Positions 1-14,101 of a stretch of 64,000 nucleotides of DNA are shown here, piece after piece; position 1 is the stretch's first letter; each line of letters opens with the position of its first letter. A program made the position numbers and the translations under genes. The notes beneath the pieces were generated by a model that worked only from the letters and a program-made list of their open reading frames with translations, was not told the origin of the DNA and ran no database searches. Source of the DNA: Octopus bimaculoides (taxonomy: Eukaryota); contig NC_068983.1 of the NCBI RefSeq assembly GCF_001194135.2, positions 16,673,340-16,737,339 on the forward strand, given 5' to 3'.

Positions 1-1
1 C

Positions 2-35
<34 letters not shown>

Positions 36-268
36 AGTATATAATTATTTGAGTGAATGCCACACATCCATTTCCAAGCATATATTATATCTACTGAAAG
101 ACAATCTCTGATTGGCTATTACACTTCAAAACTTTGGTTTCATTAGGCCAATCGATTGGCCTCAAAGTCTTTTCAGCTTGTATCACTTGGGCCAATCAAT
201 TGGCGTGGGTGTCCCAAGAGAGTTAAGATGCGTAATTTAATATACATAATTTCATTCATATTTTGCAG

Positions 269-367
269 GTAATATGGTTCGAACAACAATATGCCAAACG
301 ACGCACAAAACGGGATTTTGCAGTAGAGGATATTAATGACCCTTTCTTCCCTCAACAGTGGTACTTT
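269..367 (+). CDS. Convertase exon: prodomain end and start of catalytic domain ([33 protein letters not shown])
   Basis: ttttgcag acceptor, gtaagt donor, 99 nt, phase 0-0. Matches the furin EQQxxKRRTKRD...DPxFPQQWY block. Confidence 0.95.
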
Positions 368-813
368 GTAAGTAAATAACCTTTTCCCTTAAAACTATCA
401 AAAAATAGTTAAGCTACAGTGAGCTTATATAAACTGTTGTTGTCTCTTAGAATCGAGTATAACTTGGTAGCATGTATCATGGTTTCATTAATTTTTTTTA
501 GATGTCCGCGTAGTCATGAACAAACACAGACACCCTCTCAGCCCCCTCACACCTTGATCCAGCAAAACATTAAAGATGTGACACCTGGAGGGAGGAAGGG
601 CTGAACCAATATTAGGCTGGCACTCTTTTTTGTTTTTGGTTTTTTTTTTCAGCTTGATAGAGTAATATGAAACGAAGTGCTTTGATTTAAGAATATGACG
701 CACTATCTGGTTCAGAAATCAAACCCATGACTTAATGATCATGAGCCCAACAGGATCAGACCACCCCTCTCTTTCTCTCTCTCTCTTTCTTTCTCTCTCT
801 CCCTTTCTCTCTC

Positions 814-892
<79 letters not shown>

Positions 893-1561
893 TACATACA
901 TACATACATATAACCTTTTGGTTGTTTCAGTCATTGGACTGCAGCCATGCTGGGGTACTGACTGCCTTGATAGGTTTAGTTGAACAAATTGACACATGAG
1001 TGATGTTGATAAAGATGTAATCTTCTCTTCAGGGAAATTCATAAGACCCAACTTAACCGCAAGACCTTTTAACCGAATGTGACAACTGCGGGTAGAGAAG
1101 ATTGCTACATATCTTATTTGAAGAAACCGTTGGAAAATGCAACGCTATGAGACTGTCTCATAGCGTTGCATTTTCCAACGGTGCTGTCATCAGCCATGTC
1201 AGCGAATTTATTTTGATTTCACTTACTTCAACAGGTCTTCACAAGCAGAGTTTTGTGCGCAATGAAAAAAAGGTGTGCATAAGTGGTTACACTACTGGCA
1301 TAGGCCACGAGTTATGATCTCACTTGGCTTGCTGGGTCCTTTCAAGCACAGCATATTTCCAAAGGTCTCGGTCACTAGTCATTGCCTCGGTGAGGCCTAA
1401 TGTTCACAGGTCTTCCTGGGTCTATCTTTCCAGTTAACCTTCCTTTGATATTGCTGCACCTCTTACACTGGGTACATCTTATGGAGTTTCTACCTACGCC
1501 TTTTCTACAGATCAAGTAAGGCCATCTACCTGAAGGGATTTGTGGTTTATATATATATGTA

Positions 1562-1642
<81 letters not shown>

Positions 1643-3708
1643 ATATGTATATATATATATATGTGTATATGTATATATATGTGTATATGTATATATGTAT
1701 GTATATATATATATATATATATGTATGTNNNNNNNNNNNNNNNNNNNNNNNNNNNNNNNNNNNNNNNNNNNNNNNNNNNNNNNNNNNNNNNNNNNNNNNN
1801 NNNNNNNNNNNNNNNNNNNNNNNNNNNNNNNNNNNNNNNNNNNNNNACGTAAAAGCACCCACTACACTCTCTGAGTGGTTGGCGTTAGGAAGGGCATCCA
1901 GCTGTAGAAACTCTGCCAAATCAGACTGGAGCCTGGTGTTGCCATCCGGTTTCACCAGTCCTCAGTCAAATCGTCCAACCCATGCTAGCATGGAAAGCGG
2001 ACGTTAAACGATGATGATGATGATGATATATATGTGTGTATAAAGCTCATAAATTAACTTATAAATAAATGTAAGAAGGTGGAGCAGCCATTAATCATTT
2101 GCTCTAAATACATTTATTTACAAATACTATATTCAGCACTTGAATACTTCACTTGTGGTGTGTCTATAATTAAATTTCAAATGTATTTGCAAAGCTTATT
2201 GGAAAAGAAAAACAAAAAATGTAGTCAAATGTGTCGTGAGCTACATTGCCTGGCTTATATAAACAGTTATGTTGTATAGATATTTGAGAAAACATTATAT
2301 TCCGTGACTTGATGCAAGTAAAAAAAATGTTTCCTTTTATTTGTACAAGATATGTTGGCAAATAGTGCAGTTTTAGATTTAAGAAAAGATATGTTATTTG
2401 CAGAATTATCCTGGCCTTTTAACAAAACTTACGACCTTCTTCCCTAAGCAGTAATATAAGTAGACACATTTCTATCATTAGTACTTGATTTAGTGATGCT
2501 ATTATTGTTTAACCCCTGGTTAGCCCTGATGGTCTAGGCATGTGATCAAAGACATTCTAGAAATAACCAGCCTGCTCGTTTTTTTCTTTTTTTTTTTTTT
2601 TTACATATAGTGTATTCAGACACTGTTAGTCAATGTATCCTTCTGTTTTCTTAAGTCTCATGAGAGACATTTAGCTATTATTTTTAGTAGGTTGACTGGC
2701 CATGTAAAGAAGCCCACATTGTCTTAGTTTAATGGTGTGGAGGTTCTTGCTGAGAAAATAAATATACTTCTACAGGGATTGCTTTGTCATTAGTTATGAT
2801 AGACCACTAGGGTTCTTACAATCTGTCTTAAAATCCAACTGTGCCTGTATAGTTAAAAATGTTTACTTTCTAACCAAATGACCTTGGGCTTAATCCTAAT
2901 CCCACTGCATTACTTCTTGGTGCCAGGTATCCTATTACTAAAGCATTTTAACAGATGTGACTTGGAGTTTAATAAGTGATTGTTTATAGGAATGAAATTT
3001 AAATGGGCTGGTTAATCCTTTAGCATTTAATCCAGTCATATCTGGCCTAAATATTCTGCCTGTCTTGTGTTAAAACTAATCAAGTCCAAGTTCTCACACA
3101 TACCCTACAGTGTCATTCATCATCATCATTGTTTAACGTCCGCTTTCCATGCTAGCATGGGTTGGACGATTTGACTGAGGACTGGTGAACCAGATGGCTA
3201 CGTCAGGCTCCAATCTGATTTGGCAGAGTTTCTACAGCTGGATGCCCTTCCTAACGCCAACCACTCCGAGAGTGTAGTGGTTGCTTTTACGTGCAGCCGG
3301 CACGAAGGCCAGTCAGGCGGTACTGGCAATGGCCACGCTCAAAATGGTGTATTTTATGTGCCACCTGCACAGGAGCCAATCCAGCTGCACTGGCAATGAT
3401 CTCGCTCAAATGTCTTTTCACTTGCCACCAGCACAAGTGCCAGGAAGGTGATGCTGGTAACGATCACACTCAAATGGTGCTATTTACATGCCACCATCAC
3501 GGAAGCCAGACAGCTGCTCTGGCAACGATCACGGTCGAACAGTGCTGTCATTCTAAAAACATAAAAACACACCATTGAAATCTTGAAGCTATGAGATAAT
3601 GCATGATGAATTCAAAACAATGTGAATAAATAGGTGCAGGTATGGCTGTGTGGTAAGAAGTGTCTTCTACTGTAGTCTTGGGTTGACAGAAACTGAAAGT
3701 AGCCCATC

Positions 3709-3748
<40 letters not shown>

Positions 3749-4535
3749 TTGTTCCCCGCCATCACTTGACAATCGATGGTGGTGCGTTTGTGTCCCTGTG
3801 ATTCAGTAAAAGAGACCTATAGAATAAGCACTAGGCTTACAAAGAATAAGTCCTGGGGTCGATTTCATCATCATCATCATCATCATCATTTAACGTCCGC
3901 TTTCCATGCTAGCATGGGTTGGACGATTTGACTGAGGACTGGTGAAACCGGATGGCAACACCAGGCTCCAATCTAATTTGGCAGATTGGAGCCTGGTGTC
4001 GCCATCCGGTTTCACCAGTCCTCAGTCGATTTCTTTGATTAAAACCCTTTAAAGTAGTCCTCCAGAATGGGCACAGTCAAGTGACTGATATATATAAAAG
4101 AATGAAATAAGTAATACACTTGACAAAACTAAAATATTAATTAGCTTATTTGTATCTTTTTGCAAAAAAAAAATGATTAACAAGCTTTTCTCCTTTTGCC
4201 TTTGCAGCATGGTGGCGGACATGGAGGGTACGACATGAATGTGATGCCTGCATGGCAGATGGGATACACTGGTAAAGGAATTGTGATTTCTATACTGGAC
4301 GATGGTATTGAAAAGGATCACCCAGATCTGAAAAAAAATTATGTAAGAAATTGACATTATCATAACCATTTTGATACTAACCCATCTGATATCACTCTTG
4401 AGCCTATGATACAAATTTCCTCTCTTGAAGTATTTTAAATTAGAATCTTTCATCAAAGCTTCATGTTATTTTCCCAGATGCCCAGCTTAACAATGATAGA
4501 GTTATTTACTAAATTCTTCATTATGTGTATGATTT

Positions 4536-4608
<73 letters not shown>

Positions 4609-6909
4609 GCACACTTCAAATATATGTATATGACAGGCGATTGGATGAGCTTCTTTGAGTTTTTGTCTATCAAATCCACTTACAAGGCTTTGGTCTTCCT
4701 AAGGTTATAGTTGTAATTTGCAGTGGGAGTGAACCCAGAACCATGGGGTTGGGAAGTAAGCTTCTTACCACACAGCCAACAACACCTGTGCCTATACCAG
4801 TAAAAAGAAAAAAATCTTTAAAACAATCGATTCATTTTTCACTACCACAAGCATGACTGTGAGCCAATGACAGAACCTTCACATGGTTACTCAATCTGTA
4901 GTATTGCTACCTTTGGTACCAGGAAAAAAATTACTTGAAGTTTTAGTGACTGATATCATCTATATATATAAAAATGAGAATGTGTGTCTGTCTGTCTGTC
5001 TGCCTGTCTGTGTGAATCCCTAAAACTCGAGAACTACGCAACCAATTTCATTCAAATTTTACACATGCCTTACTTAGGGTTCCAGTTGTGTTTTAGTCAA
5101 AAAAAATAATTAACTTCTTGCAGAGTTCGAGCACACGGCAACATAATATCTCCTCCACTATTTAAGTATTACGTGTCAAAAGTGAAACAAAAACACTCAT
5201 GTCAAATACTTTCACTTTAAAAATGAAACTATTCCACTAACTGAAACAATCACATTTCGATACTGTAGTGACAGATACTTTCACAGAGAGAGAAAGAGAG
5301 AGACAGAAAGAGAGAGAGAGAGAGATGTATATGTATACATATACATGTATATGTACACCNNNNNNNNNNNNNNNNNNNNNNNNNNNNNNNNNNNNNNNNN
5401 NNNNNNNNNNNNNNNNNNNNNNNNNNNNNNNNNNNNNNNNNNNNNNNNNNNNNNNNNNNNNNNNNNNNNNNNNNNNNNNNNNNNNNNNNNNNNNNNNNNN
5501 NNNNNNNNNNNNNNNNNNNNNNNNNNNNNNNNNNNNNNNNNNNNNNNNNNNNNNNNNNNNNNNNNNNNNNNNNNNNNNNNNNNNNNNNNNNNNNNNNNNN
5601 NNNNNNNNNNNNNNNNNNNNNNNNNNNNNNNNNNNNNNNNNNNNNNNNNNNNNNNNNNNNNNNNNNNNNNNNNNNNNNNNNNNNNNNNNNNNNNNNNNNN
5701 NNNNNNNNNNNNNNNNNNNNNNNNNNNNNNNNNNNNNNNNNNNNNNNNNNNNNNNNNNNNNNNNNNNNNNNNNNNNNNNNNNNNNNNNNNNNNNNNNNNN
5801 NNNNNNNNNNNNNNNNNNNNNNNNNNNNNNNNNNNNNNNNNNNNNNNNNNNNNNNNNNNNNNNNNNNNNNNNNNNNNNNNNNNNNNNNNNNNNNNNNNNN
5901 NNNNNNNNNNNNNNNNNNNNNNNNNNNNNNNNNNNNNNNNNNNNNNNNNNNNNNNNNNNNNNNNNNNNNNNNNNNNNNNNNNNNNNNNNNNNNNNNNNNN
6001 NNNNNNNNNNNNNNNNNNNNNNNNNNNNNNNNNNNNNNNNNNNNNNNNNNNNNNNNNNNNNNNNNNNNNNNNNNNNNNNNNNNNNNNNNNNNNNNNNNNN
6101 NNNNNNNNNNNNNNNNNNNNNNNNNNNNNNNNNNNNNNNNNNNNNNNNNNNNNNNNNNNNNNNNNNNNNCACTGTCTGTAGCTGGTCTTCTCTTGGAAGA
6201 GCCCTGCTTCTCACATGGACAACTGTATGTTGGCTGCTCAAGAGTGGGCAGCAACAAAAAACCTATTTGTATATGCTCCACAAGGGAAAACAAGGAACAT
6301 AGTTTACAATGAGGTGTTATAATCACAACAGCAAGAAAGTATGTACATGATCACCTTCTTTTACGAAACTTCATTGACTTTCATATATTTATATTGATAT
6401 ACATAATATATACGTGTGTTTGGGTGCGTGTGTGTATATACATCTCTATATATAAAGATGATGCGTAGTCTAGACGGCATTTTTAGAGTTCATTATTCTC
6501 TTTAACCCGGGCAACGCCAGGTATTTCTGCTAGTCAGTGATAAAAACTTTTGCACATCAGGGTTACAAGATCAAATCTGTAGAATGCTTTCCTCTCTCCT
6601 CCAACTGTACAAATTGAGTTATCTTGGAAATAATGGAAATGTCTCAGCCACTTCTGCACAGACAAGTCAGACTATTAGAGTCTGATGCAAATATAGAATG
6701 GAAGAACTAAAAAAAAAAAGAATAGAAACAATATAAGAACCAGTGATGTCTATTATTACTACAGTATTACAGCATTGATCCTGTAACATGAAGGAAAGCT
6801 GCCAGATGTGAGAAAAATAATGGAAGTGTTTGTGTTAAGTTTATTGAAAAATTGATAAAATAGTTAATAGCTTACACCTTTAAAACAACAATAATGATTG
6901 CCGTGTGTC

Positions 6910-6948
<39 letters not shown>

Positions 6949-6958
6949 NNNNNNNNNN

Positions 6959-6998
<40 letters not shown>

Positions 6999-9900
6999 CT
7001 TTAGACTGCGGTCATGCTGGAGCACTGCCTTAGGGGTTTTAGGTGGACAAATTGACCCTAGTACTTTTTTTTAATAAGTCTGGAACTTAATCTATCGGTT
7101 TCTTATTGTTGAACCAAGCTACAGGAATAGAAACAAACCAACACCAGTTGTCAAGTAGCAGTGCAGGACAAACATAAAGACACACACAGACTCACACACA
7201 TACATGATGGGCTTCTTTCAGTTTCTAATCTACCAAATCTACTCACAGGGCTTTTGTTAACCTTGAGTTACTGTGGAAGACACTTGGAAACGGGTACAGG
7301 TTGATGACAGGAAGGGCATCCAGCAGGAGAAAAATCTATGTCGACAAATTCCATATGACTTATGCATGCATTAGAGAATGGATGTTAATCGATGATGCTG
7401 TGAACAAAGCTTGCACTCAAGCAAATTTCCAAGCACACCCACAGCAGAAAATTAGAGGGTACATTGCTCCTAAGGTGAGATAAATAGTCCAGCATATATG
7501 ATAAAAAAAATGAGTCCAGTTATTCTTCCATTTTTCAAACTGATCTGCAGGCAATCATATTGACAGCGGAGTAAGTCATGTTCCCCTTAAATATTTCTTT
7601 CAAGTTTTGGTGCAAGGCCAGCAATTTTGGGGAAGGGGTAAGTCAATCGGATTGACCCCAGTGTTCAACTAGTACAACCCCAAAAGGATGGAAGATAAAG
7701 TCATCCTTGGTGGAATTTAAATTCAGGAAGTAAAAAGCAGACAAAATACAACCAGCATTTTTCCTGGTGTGCTAACAATTCTACCAGCTTACCACCTTAG
7801 AAAATAAATAATGTGCCTCTGGAAATCAAACCCATGACCTTACGATTGTGAGCTGAGTATTCTAACCACTAAGCTGTGTGCCTTCATGTTCCTCTTAAAT
7901 ATTAGTACTATTAGTGTATAAGACATGCTTTTTTTATTCTTAAAGATGATGGAAAATTGCCATGCAACTAATGCAACCATATTATGGATGGGATACCAAA
8001 TGTACGATGAAACAGATTTAATTTGTTTTTCTGCAAAATATACTTTAAAGTTAGGGTGTATCTTATGTTAGTGGTCTTAGGGTGTATCTAAAGCTAGTGG
8101 TCTTATATGCTGGCAAATACAGTAAATGGGGTAATTTGGCACCATCAACATAACAAATAACTGTTGCCATATAATGAGTTTTTTCATGACCATGGAATGT
8201 TTACTCTATATTTGCATCTGTTCCATTTCAAAACTATTATCCAACTTAACCTGGATGTATTGTTAGAACACTGTCATCCAAGCTGATGTTTATTGGTAAT
8301 TAAACTTAATTTGCAACACCTGTGCATATTTATCAGCTTTGCTTTTGCTGGTAATTCTCATCAACAACTTTTCCTGTGATCGTGATTTGAGAAGACCTAC
8401 AGCAGTATGCTAAAGATCAGACATAATCTCTTGTGGGCAAGAAATGTAATATAAAGTTTATTATAAACAATATGAACACTTTGTAATTTAATAGCTTTCA
8501 ATGTGATACTTGTTAAACTGAAATTATTTTTATTTAATGAAAATTTTATAAAATCTAATCAGAAGTAAGTGAAATTATGCTAAATACAACTAAATTGAAA
8601 ACCTTTTTCGCCTGGCTATATTGGCAATTCTCAAAACTTTTAGGTGAGAATTTTACATAAGTAGCTTTTTTTAACAAATTTTATCCTGAAAATCACCTGC
8701 GTAAATTACACAGGTGTGCAAATTACATGGGTTTTTACGGTACATTTATGCTTAGGTTAGTGAAAGTGTATGGCTTAATGGTTAGGGTATTTGACTCACA
8801 ATCGTAAGGTCATGAATTCAATACCCAGTGACTCATTGTCTTTGCACAAGACACTTTATTTTATGTTGCTCCAGTTCACTCAGCTAGCAAAAATGAGTTG
8901 TACCTGTATTTCAAATTGCCAGCCTTGTTATATTCTGTGATACACTGTATGTCCCTGAGAACTACATTAAGCGTACACATGTCTGTGGAGTGCTCAGCCA
9001 CTTTCACATTAATTTCACGAACAGATTGTTCTTTTGATTGCATTAACTGGAACCCTCATTAATGTAACCGATGAAGTGCCACCACCACACTCTTAGGTTA
9101 CAACTGTTTCAATAACAGATAGGGCAGATAAATCATTTGACTTGCAGGAAAACATATAACCATGAATATAAACTGTGATTAAACTACACTACATGCAACC
9201 TACCTGTCATCTCATCATGACCGAGTGAATAAATTGTATTTCGGTGAATACACATATGTAGACACACTCAATAGGGAGAGCTTGTATTGTATATTACACA
9301 ATCTGGTGAATTGCTTAACATAATATAGTGGATCTACTAAAACACATTATGTTTGTCTTTTAACCTTATTATTGTTTGTCATTGGATTGTGGCCATGCTG
9401 GGGCACCATCTTGAGGAATCTTTTTAGTTGAACAAATCAACCCTGTTACTTATTTATTTTTTTAAGCTTGGTACTTATTCTATCAGTCTCTTTTATCAAA
9501 CTGCTAAGTTACGGGGATGTTAATACATCAACAATGGTTGTCAAGCAGTGGTGGTGGGGACAAACACGGACACACTGACATACACACACACAATGAACTT
9601 TTTGCAGTTTCCCTCTGCCAAATCCACTCACAAAGTTTTAGTTAACCCGAGGCTACAGTGGAAGACACTAGCCCGATGTGTCAAACAGTGACACTGAACC
9701 AAAGACTGGGAAGCAAACCTCTTACCACACAACCATGTCTGTGCCTGTAAAGAGTAAAGACCCCCTTCAGTCATGAATGACCATGGGGTTGCACCTAGAA
9801 AGTTCCCCTCCAAGGCACAAGTCTGGGCAAGGTTATTTGTGGAAGACCAGCAGTTGCCCATGCATACCTACCTCCCCTCTCCACACCGATGTTATCATGA

Positions 9901-11222
9901 TGTCACAAGTAAACTGAAGCAATGTGAAATAAAGTGTCTTGCTCAAGAACACTGGGCTGTGCCCGTAATGCTTTATTAAACATTATTTGACTCCCCTTAA
10001 CCCAGCCATCCTGCTGGAGAAAGCATAACATTGTGGGCCCAAGAGAAACTAGCTTTGCCAAGCCCAATCCTCTTTAACCCTTTAATAATCAGATTACTCT
10101 GTCAAAGTAATGTTTATTTATTCACATCATTTTCAATTAATCATGCATTATATTTTAGCTTCAAGGTTTTGCTGATGTGATTGTATATTTTTAGAATGAC
10201 ATTGTAGGGTTGGCATAAACAGCTGAATTTGATTGGTTTAAACATAAAACAAATAGATTATTTGAGCTGGACCTGGCCTGTTTAAATGCTCATAGGTTAA
10301 ACTATACACAAAAGTGTGAATGAGGTGAGGGTTTGGACATAGCATTGCAACCTGACCAAAAAGCACCAAATTTTTAGCTACCATTTCTAGCATGTTCAAC
10401 AATCATATAAAGGTGCTTGTGGGGAGTGGGAGGAACTTCATGGCTAAATTGATTTTTATTACTTTGGAGTCAGATCCATCATTTTTGTCTATTTTCCATC
10501 TGTTTCCAGGATCCTAGAGCAAGTTACGATGTGAATGGAAAAGATCCTGATCCTACACCACGATATGATTCTACAAATGAGAACAGGTATGTTTTGTTCC
10601 ATTGAAGAAGAAAGATTTTGTAGTATGTGAGATTGTAGATATATATATTGAGACACAGACAGAAACTGAAAGAAGCCCGTCATGTGTGTGTGTGTGTGTG
10701 TGTGTATCTTTTATCTTTTAGCTTTTTCAGTCATTGAACTGCTGGCACACTGCCTTAAAAAATTTTAGTTGAACAAATTGACCCCTGGTGCATTTTTTTT
10801 AAAACCTGGTACTAATTCTATTGGTTCTTTTTGCCATTACAGGAATGTAAACACACCAACACTTGTTGTCAAGCAGTAGTGAGAGGCAGACTTAGAAACA
10901 CACTCACACACACATATAGGATGGGTTTCTTTCAATTTCCATCTACAAAATCCACACACAAGTTTTTGGTTGTCTCAAGGTTGTAGTAGCAGACACTGCT
11001 TGAGAAGTGATGTTGGTTTGTTTAAGTCCTAATAACTTAGCAGTTCAGTGAAAAGAGGCTAACAAACTTTAAAAATCAAAAAATGAAGTACTAGGGTTGA
11101 TTTGTTCAACTAAAACCCTTCAAGTTGGTGCCCCAGCATGGTCACACTCCAGTGAATAAAACAAGTCAAAAATTAAAAGTATGCTATCAAACTTATGTAC
11201 TGGTTTGTATACCATCTAAGTA

Positions 11223-11271
<49 letters not shown>

Positions 11272-12589
11272 CATACTAGCAAACGCACCCGTCCTTTGGT
11301 TTAAGTTGCTTTGGTGGTATTTTTTTCAACAAATAATTGAACTACATGGAAGGTTTATGAGTAGCACAGCAATCTGTTTCCGATTAATCTAGGAACAGAA
11401 AATGAAATTGAAGGCTAGTTATTGTGGAGATTGTTGCACTTTAATGATCACAGTACATGTAAGTTTGCAAGCAATGCAAAGTAGAGCTACTGAAGCATTT
11501 TGGAAATAGATTACCGATAATGACTACAAAATATAGTTGTCCATCAAATCGACATAGTCTGTACAAGTGCACAAAGCGTCACATGTCAAATGTCAAAGTG
11601 ATCACAGAGTAAAGTGAAATGAAGTGTTTTGCTCAAGAATCCAATGCATTGCTTGATCCAGGGATCAGAAGCATGATCTTGCAATCATGAATGCAGCACA
11701 CTGACCACATGCCCTTCTCCCCACACATCATCTGGCATATATATGCCACATGTCTTTTTTTATATACTGTAAGATGTGATATGCATGTCATATGACATGC
11801 TGTATGGCATACATGCATGTGATTGATATACTGCCTGGTTTATATACTTATAGGACTTAGATTATATATTCTGAGCTATATTAGGTAATAATATTCATGA
11901 GCATGACTGTGGTAATGATGATGATAATGGAGGTGTTGGTGGGGGTGATAAGGATGACACTCATGGTGGAAGTTGTGGGCTGGTGATAATGATAGTGATA
12001 GCAATGGTGGTGGTGGTGGTGTTGAGGATATGATCATGATGATAGAGGTAGTGGTGTTCATGATGATGACAGTGATCATGGTGGTGCTTATAGTGTAATC
12101 ATGATGGTGAGAGTGGTGATGGTGATAATCATCATAATAGTAGTGGTGAGGGGAGGGTGATGACGGGTGGGGGGGTGATGGTAATGATTATTGTGATTAT
12201 GATAGTGGTGATGACAATAGTAATAGTGGTGATGACGATAGTAGTAGTAATGATGATGCTTGTGAGGTTGAAATGGACATAGATTCTGAAAGAAATTTTA
12301 CAAGACAAAATGAAACCACTTTTATTCCTCAGAAAGAGAGAGAGAGAGAGAGAGAGATGGGGTTGATGGGGTTGGGTCTCCCTAAAATTCAAGCTGGTGG
12401 TGGTACCACTGAGGTGTTTTTCTTCTTTTTTTTATAGGCATGGATTAGTAAGTTTGCTTTTCAACCACATGGTTTTGGGTTCAATCCCACTGTGTGGCAC
12501 ATTGGGCATGTGTTTTCTACTATAGCCCTAGGCCAACCAAAGCCTTGTGAGTGGATTTCATTGATGGAAACTGAACGAAGTCCATCATG

Positions 12590-12649
<60 letters not shown>

Positions 12650-14040
12650 CACATGTGTGCACGCACACTTACACACACATCTACATATGTACATATATAT
12701 ACATGTATGTGTGATTGTGTGCTTGTTTGTGTTCTCCTTGTCTTGGCATCCTGTAATGTTGTAAATGAATGTCATTCATTTCCAATATTCTGCAAAAATA
12801 TGTCTGGCCATGGGGAAATATGTTGCTTGGAAACAGCTAAGGGTTGACAACAGGAAGGGCGTCTGGCATTAGAAAACCCGCCTCAATAAACTCCATCCAA
12901 CCTATGCAAGCGTGGAAAAGTGGATATTAAAATGACAATGAGGAAGATATAGGTGCCTCACAACCACCCCTAGACTCCTTGGACTATGGATCAACGTACC
13001 AACTGACCCTACTCCCCTTATTGGCCATGGAGATGATGGTGATTGCTGCAGTATGAGTAATAGCATTTTAACCCTTGCTCAACTTTGATCATGCATAATT
13101 ATGATTAAAGCATTCCACCCATTACTATACATCTTACTTTCATGGATAGTGTATCTAGGACTATATTATCCCTGGCGTCTTTTTTATTATGATAGCCTTT
13201 TTTGAGTAGAATTTGACTGATCTTTCTAACAAGTCAAGGCATCACATATAGCTACACCATTACTTTTGGCTCACAGTACTGATATTAGTGATGACAATGA
13301 TGATGATGATGATAGGTGGTGATAAGGATTACAGTGGTGGTGACGATGGCAGCTATGGCGATTGTAGCAGTGGTGGTAGTGGCAGTGGTTATTTGCATTG
13401 GTGGTGATCACAGTAGTGGTAGTAAGATGGCGGTGGTTATTTGTGGTGGTATGGTGTGTGTAGGTATTGAATGACTGAATGAATCAGTGATAGTATAACT
13501 GCTATCTTATCTCCTTTTATTTTTCTTCAGACATGGAACACGATGTGCCGGAGAAGTAGCTGCTGAAGCAGATAACAAAATTTGTGGGATTGGTGTAGCA
13601 TATAATGCACGTATAGGAGGTAAGCTTATTTTCTATTTTCATAATATCCTGTTATCTCTCTAATTATCTCATTAGTTTTTCTCCCTTTTCAGTCATCCAC
13701 CATCTCGTCTCAGTCTGCTTCTGTAGATATCCGCATGTCAGGTCAATCATCTAATCTTAATAAAATAAAATTTCTTCGCTGTTGTTGTTAGTTTTTGTTT
13801 TTTCCAGTCAGTATATCTAGGACTACATTTATTCAGTGTGTTCTTCCCTTTTTTGAAGTATTTCATAGTTTGTAGTTACATGTATAGGCATGGACGTATG
13901 GTAAGAAATTTATTTCCCAACCACATGGTTCCAGGTTCAGTCCACTGCATGGCACCTTTGGCAAATGTCTTTCACTATAGCTCCAGATGAATCAAAGCCT
14001 TGTGAGTTAGTCCAGTAGATGGAAACTGAAAGAAAGCCAT

Positions 14041-14101
<61 letters not shown>

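Noticed and set aside
173-355. 60-aa minus-strand ORF
   Set aside because: Antisense shadow of the convertase exon 269-367.
719-2007. Long ORFs with ER, SL, CV, YI or HT dipeptide runs (also near 12461-12847, 44380-44770)
   Set aside because: Translations of dinucleotide microsatellites and N gaps, not proteins.
3291-3578. Recurrent ORFs such as [19 protein letters not shown] and [11 protein letters not shown] (also 14205, 20925, 25197, 50805)
   Set aside because: Repeated translations of the same non-coding retroelement tail. The ~60-bp internal units are not a CRISPR array: there are no unique spacers, and this is a eukaryotic TE.
5237-6326. 200-350 aa ORFs here and at 42670-43441, 45159-46014, 46574-47444
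   Set aside because: They consist almost entirely of X from assembly gaps.
7551-7570. 20-nt segment between ctgcag and gtaagt (possible microexon)
   Set aside because: Not a multiple of 3, no homology to convertases, and the flanking exons already join in frame. At most a cryptic or poison exon.
7930-8740. pogo/Tigger-like terminal sequences (…aaatacagta, …ttttacggta)
   Set aside because: Probably old DNA-transposon remnants, but matching left TIRs and coding motifs are too degraded to define an element.
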